This document shows, in pieces, positions 59,457 to 64,000 of a stretch of 64,000 nt of DNA. The notes below the pieces were generated by a model that saw nothing but the letters and a program-made list of their open reading frames with translations, did no database searches and was not told the DNA's origin. The position numbers and the translations under genes were made by a program. Source of the stretch: an uncultured candidate division Zixibacteria bacterium. Its GTDB lineage: Bacteria > Zixibacteria > MSB-5A5 > GN15 > FEB-12. The stretch is from positions 1,312,001-1,376,000 of the forward strand of contig CAVTJJ010000004.1 of NCBI GenBank assembly GCA_963735035.1. Direction: 5' to 3'. Positions within the stretch are counted from its first letter, which is position 1. Each line of letters starts with the position of its first letter.

Positions 59457-60662
59457 ATGGCTAAGGAGAAATTTGATCGTACAAAGCCGCACGTGAACGT
59501 TGGCACAATCGGTCACGTGGATCATGGTAAGACGACGTTGACGGCGGCGATCACGATGTGCATGGCGAAGAAGAACAAGACCGCGATCCGGACGTTCGAT
59601 TCGATCGACAACGCGCCGGAAGAGCGGGAACGCGGTATTACGATCGCCACCGCGCACGTCGAGTACGAGACGGACAAGCGCCACTATGCGCACGTTGACT
59701 GTCCCGGTCACGCCGACTATGTGAAGAACATGATCACGGGCGCCGCCCAGATGGACGGTGCGATCGTGGTGGTGTCGGCGGCAGACGGCCCGATGCCTCA
59801 GACGCGGGAGCACATTCTTTTGGCGCGTCAGGTGGGTGTGCCGTTCATCATCGTGTTCATGAACAAAGTTGATATGGTTGATGATCCGGAATTGTTGGAT
59901 CTGGTGGAGCTCGAAGTAAGAGACCTGCTGAACCAGTACAAGTTCCCGGGTGATGATATACCGGTTATCCGTGGTTCGGCGCTTCAGGCGTTGACGGCGG
60001 GCACGGCGGACAAGCCGATTGATGACCCGGCGTTCAAGTGCATTCTGGAGCTTCTGGAAGCCTGCGACAATTACATCCCGCTGCCGAAACGTGAGAAGGA
60101 CAAGCCGTTCCTGATGCCGATCGAAGACGTGTTTTCGATTACGGGTCGTGGAACCGTAGGCACGGGTCGTGTGGAGCGCGGCATCATCAAGCAGGGCGCT
60201 GAAGTTGAGATCGTGGGTATTCGTGACACGCGCAAGACGGTGGTGACCGGTATCGAAATGTTCCGGAAACTACTGGACGACGCGGAAGCGGGCGACAATG
60301 TCGGGCTTCTGCTGCGCGGTATCGATAAGGAAGACCTGGAACGCGGGATGGTGCTCGCGGCTCCGGGTTCGGTGAAGCCGCACAAGAATTTCAAGGCGGA
60401 AGTGTACGTTTTGAAGAAGGAAGAGGGTGGACGTCACACGCCGTTCTTCACGGGCTATCGTCCGCAGTTTTATTTCCGGACGACGGACGTGACGGGATCG
60501 GCGCATCTGCCCGAGGGTATCGAGATGGTGATGCCGGGCGACAACGTGACGATGACGGTGGAGTTGTTGACGCCGATCGCGATGGAGAAAGAGTTGCGGT
60601 TTGCGATACGAGAAGGCGGTCGCACCATTGGCGCAGGTGTCATCGCGGAAATTTTGGAATAG
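59457..60662 (+). CDS. tuf: Elongation factor Tu
   Basis: [21 protein letters not shown]. Confidence 0.99.
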   Translation: MAKEKFDRTKPHVNVGTIGHVDHGKTTLTAAITMCMAKKNKTAIRTFDSIDNAPEERERGITIATAHVEYETDKRHYAHVDCPGHADYVKNMITGAAQMDGAIVVVSAADGPMPQTREHILLARQVGVPFIIVFMNKVDMVDDPELLDLVELEVRDLLNQYKFPGDDIPVIRGSALQALTAGTADKPIDDPAFKCILELLEACDNYIPLPKREKDKPFLMPIEDVFSITGRGTVGTGRVERGIIKQGAEVEIVGIRDTRKTVVTGIEMFRKLLDDAEAGDNVGLLLRGIDKEDLERGMVLAAPGSVKPHKNFKAEVYVLKKEEGGRHTPFFTGYRPQFYFRTTDVTGSAHLPEGIEMVMPGDNVTMTVELLTPIAMEKELRFAIREGGRTIGAGVIAEILE

Positions 60663-60695
60663 TACGGAATCCTTCGGAAAGTGAAGGTTGGATAA

Positions 60696-60845
60696 GTGAG
60701 AGATAGAATTACTCTGGCGTGCAACGACTGCAAGCAGCGCAATTACGACACGATGAAAAATAAGCGGCTGCATCCGGAACGGGTGGAGCACAAGAAGTAT
60801 TGCCCGTTCTGCAACAAACATACGCTGCACAAGGAGACCAGGTAG
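60696..60845 (+). CDS. rpmG: 50S ribosomal protein L33 (Zn-binding form); absent from the ORF track
   Basis: Manual translation [34 protein letters not shown]. Confidence 0.95.
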   Translation: MRDRITLACNDCKQRNYDTMKNKRLHPERVEHKKYCPFCNKHTLHKETR

Positions 60846-60856
60846 CTTTGGACTAC

Positions 60857-60933
60857 AGGCCAGTAGCTCCAACGGTTAGAGCGCCGGTCTCCAAAACCGG
60901 ATGCTGGGGGTTCGAATCCCTCCTGGCCTGCCA
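60857..60933 (+). tRNA. tRNA-Trp(CCA)
   Basis: AGGCCAG..CCGGT-CTCCAAA-ACCGG..GTTCGAATCC..CTGGCCT-G-CCA. Confidence 0.97.
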
Positions 60934-60955
60934 ATAGACTGGTTGGATAACTGAT

Positions 60956-61153
60956 ATGGAAAAACTACAAAGATACCTCAAAGAAACCTCGGCCGAGCTT
61001 CGCAAGATGACCTGGCCGACCAAGGATGAGTTGATCGGTTCCACGGTCGTGACGTGTGTGGTCTCCTTCGTGGTGGCCATCTTCATCGGTATTGTGGACC
61101 GAATTCTCACATACGGTATCCATGCCATCTTTGGCGGCGGAGTTGGGGGATAA
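60956..61153 (+). CDS. secE: Preprotein translocase SecE
   Basis: ELRKMTWPT plus one TM segment. Confidence 0.95.
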   Translation: MEKLQRYLKETSAELRKMTWPTKDELIGSTVVTCVVSFVVAIFIGIVDRILTYGIHAIFGGGVGG

Positions 61154-61696
61154 ATGGCTCTGAAATGGTATGTTGTACATACCTATGCCGGTCACGAACA
61201 GAAGGCCAAGAAGTATCTCGAATCGGCGATTGAAAACGCCGGTTTGACCGACAAATTCGGCCAGATTCTGGTTCCGACCGAGCAGGTCACCGAGATGCGG
61301 CAAGGTAAGCGGTCGACCTCGACCAAAAAATTCCTGCCGTCGTATATTCTCGTTGAGATGGATCTCGACAAGGTGACGCAGAACCTGGTGATCCAGACTT
61401 CGGGCATCACAAATTTTGTTGGAGCCGGCGGTCGCCCGACGCCTCTGAAGGAAGACGAAGTCAGACGCATTTCGGGACAGATCGACAGCAGCCGTGAAGA
61501 AGAGGCCAGCGAGATTCCGTTCCAGGCCGGCGATCCGGTGAAAGTGAACGATGGGCCGTTTGCCGATTTCTCCGGCACGGTGAGCGAAGTGAATCTTGAG
61601 CGCAGGAAATTGAAAGTTATGGTGTCAATATTTGGCCGCCCGACCCCGGTCGAGTTGGATTTCCTCCAGGTGGAGTTGATCAAGGCCAAGGCTTAA
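61154..61696 (+). CDS. nusG: Transcription factor NusG
   Basis: [27 protein letters not shown]. Confidence 0.97.
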   Translation: MALKWYVVHTYAGHEQKAKKYLESAIENAGLTDKFGQILVPTEQVTEMRQGKRSTSTKKFLPSYILVEMDLDKVTQNLVIQTSGITNFVGAGGRPTPLKEDEVRRISGQIDSSREEEASEIPFQAGDPVKVNDGPFADFSGTVSEVNLERRKLKVMVSIFGRPTPVELDFLQVELIKAKA

Positions 61697-61733
61697 GTTG
61701 CAAAATAGGACGCAAACGGAAAGATAAAGAGTC

Positions 61734-62159
61734 GTGGCAAAGAAGATAGCAGCGTACGTGAAGTTACAGATTCCGGCCGGTCAGGCCAATCCGGCGCCGC
61801 CGGTGGGTCCCGCCCTGGGTCAGCGCGGTATCAATATCATGGAGTTCTGCAAGGCGTTCAACGCCCAGACCCAGTCGGGCCAAGGCGTACTGACGCCGGT
61901 CATCATTACCGTCTTCGAAGACAAATCGTTTACATTCATTACGAAGACGCCGCCGGCCTCGACGCTTCTCCGGATGGCGGCCAAGATCAAAAAAGGGTCC
62001 GGCGTCCCGAACAAAGACAAAGTCGGCGCAGTGACCTCCAAGCAGGTGCGCGATATCGCCGAACAGAAGATGGCCGATCTGAACGCCGCCTCGCTGGAAA
62101 CCGCGATCAAGATGGTGGAAGGTACCGCCCGTTCGATGGGTATTGAGATTCAAGGCTAA
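61734..62159 (+). CDS. rplK: 50S ribosomal protein L11
   Basis: [18 protein letters not shown]. Confidence 0.98.
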   Translation: MAKKIAAYVKLQIPAGQANPAPPVGPALGQRGINIMEFCKAFNAQTQSGQGVLTPVIITVFEDKSFTFITKTPPASTLLRMAAKIKKGSGVPNKDKVGAVTSKQVRDIAEQKMADLNAASLETAIKMVEGTARSMGIEIQG

Positions 62160-62245
62160 GCAAGACGAAAATAACAAACTAAGAATAATGTGATATTCGT
62201 TTGTACCTCGGTTGCCTCAGGTGACCGGGAGGGAGAATAAGCACA

Positions 62246-62950
62246 ATGAAACATTCCAAGAGATATCGCGCCCTGCGCGAGAAAGTCGACCGCAAGAAAC
62301 GGTACATGTTGCCGGATGCGGTCAAGATTCTGAAATCCGGAACTCCCGCGAAGTTCGACGAGTCGGTGGAGATAGCGGTTCGTTTGGGTGTCGATCCCAA
62401 GCAGGCCGACCAGATGGTCCGCGCGACGGTGTCATTGCCGCACGGCAGCGGGAAGACCGTTCGCGTGGCGGTGTTCGCTCAGGGCGACAAGGCCACCGAA
62501 GCCAAAGAAGCCGGGGCCGAATTTGTCGGCGCCGACGATCTGGCTGAAAAAATCCAGGGCGGCTGGACCGATTTTGATATCGCCATTGCCACCCCGGACA
62601 TGATGAAAGTGTGCGGTAAGCTGGGTAAAGTCCTTGGCCCGCGCGGGTTGATGCCGAACCCGAAAACCGGCACCGTCACCATGGATATCACTCGCACGGT
62701 CCGCGAAGTCAAGGGCGGCCGTATCGAGTTCCGTGTCGATCGTCAGTCCAACGTGGCGGTAGCGGTCGGCAAGTTGTCCTTCGACGAACAAAAGATAGTC
62801 GAGAATGCTCAGGCTTTTCTGGATGCGTTGATGCGCGCCAAACCGGCGGCGGCCAAAGGCTCGTACGTGCTGGCGGCGTCCATCAGCTCCACCATGGGCC
62901 CTGGGATCAAGCTCGATCACGCCGTACTTCTGGCGGATCTGAAGCGATAA
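62246..62950 (+). CDS. rplA: 50S ribosomal protein L1
   Basis: [20 protein letters not shown]. Confidence 0.98.
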   Translation: MKHSKRYRALREKVDRKKRYMLPDAVKILKSGTPAKFDESVEIAVRLGVDPKQADQMVRATVSLPHGSGKTVRVAVFAQGDKATEAKEAGAEFVGADDLAEKIQGGWTDFDIAIATPDMMKVCGKLGKVLGPRGLMPNPKTGTVTMDITRTVREVKGGRIEFRVDRQSNVAVAVGKLSFDEQKIVENAQAFLDALMRAKPAAAKGSYVLAASISSTMGPGIKLDHAVLLADLKR

Positions 62951-62966
62951 AGAGGAGTCGGTAAAG

Positions 62967-63494
62967 ATGCTTAGACAAGAAAAACTCGATCAAGTCGCCG
63001 AGATCAAAGCGTTGTTCGAAAACGCCGGCGCGTATTTCGTCACCGACTACCAGGGTTTGAATGTCCCGGACATGACCAAGTTGCGGAAGAATCTCCGCAT
63101 CAACAAAGTGAAGTTCGTAGTGGCGAAGAATACCCTGCTCTCGAAGGCGGCTCACGAAGCCGGCCAGACCGGGCTGGATGACTATTTCAAGGGTCCGACC
63201 GCGGTGGCGTTTGCCGCCGATGACCCGTCGGTAGCGGCCAAGATTCTCTACGACTCTTACAAAGAGAAAGAGAAGCCGCGCTTCAAAGTATTCGTGGTCG
63301 AAGGTCAGATTCATCACGCGGATGAAATCAAGATGCTGGCCGAACTGCCGCCGAGAACCGTCCTGTTGTCGCAGGTGGTGGCCGCCGTCGAGTCGCCGCT
63401 CACCAGCCTGGTGGGTTCTTTGGAAGGATTCTTCCGGCCGTTGATTGGTTCAATCGACGCCCTGGCGGAAAAACGAAAGGGCGAAGCGGCCTGA
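62967..63494 (+). CDS. rplJ: 50S ribosomal protein L10
   Basis: DYQGLNV, VAKNTL, GPTAVAF. Confidence 0.96.
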   Translation: MLRQEKLDQVAEIKALFENAGAYFVTDYQGLNVPDMTKLRKNLRINKVKFVVAKNTLLSKAAHEAGQTGLDDYFKGPTAVAFAADDPSVAAKILYDSYKEKEKPRFKVFVVEGQIHHADEIKMLAELPPRTVLLSQVVAAVESPLTSLVGSLEGFFRPLIGSIDALAEKRKGEAA

Positions 63495-63652
63495 TTTATC
63501 AGGGCCGGTGTGGCGTTGTAATTAAGGCTTTTATAGGGTCGGACCACCCCAAGCTTCTAGGCGGCGAGCCTTGCCGTCTGGGGAATCGGCCGCTCCTGAT
63601 AGAAGAAGTAGCAAAGACAAGAAACAATATTTGATGTTAAGAGGTTAGTACT

Positions 63653-64000
63653 GTGGCTACCGAAGCAATCAATGAAATCGTAGAAAAGATCTCCGGCCTG
63701 ACCGCTATGGAGTTGGCCGATCTTTCGAAAGCTATTCAGGAAAAGTTTGGCGTAACCGCTGCGGCGCCAGTGAGTTATGCTGGCCCGGCGGCTGCTGCTG
63801 GTCCGGCCGCGGCTGAAAAGACCGAGTTCAAGGTCATGCTCAACAGCGCCGGCGACAAGAAGATTCAGGTCATCAAGGTGGTCCGTGAACTGACCAACCT
63901 TGGGCTCAAAGAAGCCAAGGACCTGGTCGAAAGCGCTCCGGCTGCTATTTTGGAAAACGCTGCCAAGGCTGATGCCGAGGCTGCCAAGGCCAAGCTGGAA
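63653..64000 (+). CDS. rplL: 50S ribosomal protein L7/L12, truncated by the window end
   Basis: GTG start; [38 protein letters not shown]. Confidence 0.96.
   Translation, partial: MATEAINEIVEKISGLTAMELADLSKAIQEKFGVTAAAPVSYAGPAAAAGPAAAEKTEFKVMLNSAGDKKIQVIKVVRELTNLGLKEAKDLVESAPAAILENAAKADAEAAKAKLE

Overview
Core-chromosome window of a moderately GC-rich diderm bacterium. Cys-flanked C-terminal dockerin-like domains suggest an FCB-group lineage such as Zixibacteria (inference). Contents: (i) 0.6-10.5 kb, a polarity/motility locus with an MglA GTPase, four Roadblock/MglB-domain proteins and pilB-pilT-pilC-pilS; (ii) 10.5-26 kb, housekeeping and envelope genes (PPIase, cold-shock protein, ltaE, multiheme cytochrome, tRNA-Pro, rlmN, S41/M29/S8 peptidases); (iii) 26-35 kb, a minor pilin, pilMNO(P)Q and a large Ig-like lipoprotein; (iv) 35-56 kb, mtnA, rplM-rpsI-rpsB-tsf-pyrH-frr, uppS-cdsA, uvrC and xseAB-ispA-dxs-nadK; (v) 56-64 kb, a palindrome cluster, tRNA-Gly, a two-gene insert and tRNA-Thr-tuf-rpmG-tRNA-Trp-secE-nusG-rplKAJL. 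Several genes, including essential rpsB, carry indels that are most likely sequencing errors. The best candidate for an undescribed system is a type IVa pilus control circuit. It combines an MglA with a long linker and a MinD-like amphipathic tail, membrane-anchored and TPR-fused Roadblock proteins, an AMIN domain on the PilP-position protein instead of PilQ, and a shared sigma28-like promoter (TCAAGAT-N13-GCCGATAT) before pilT and pilM. All family calls come from motif recognition by eye, not from database searches.
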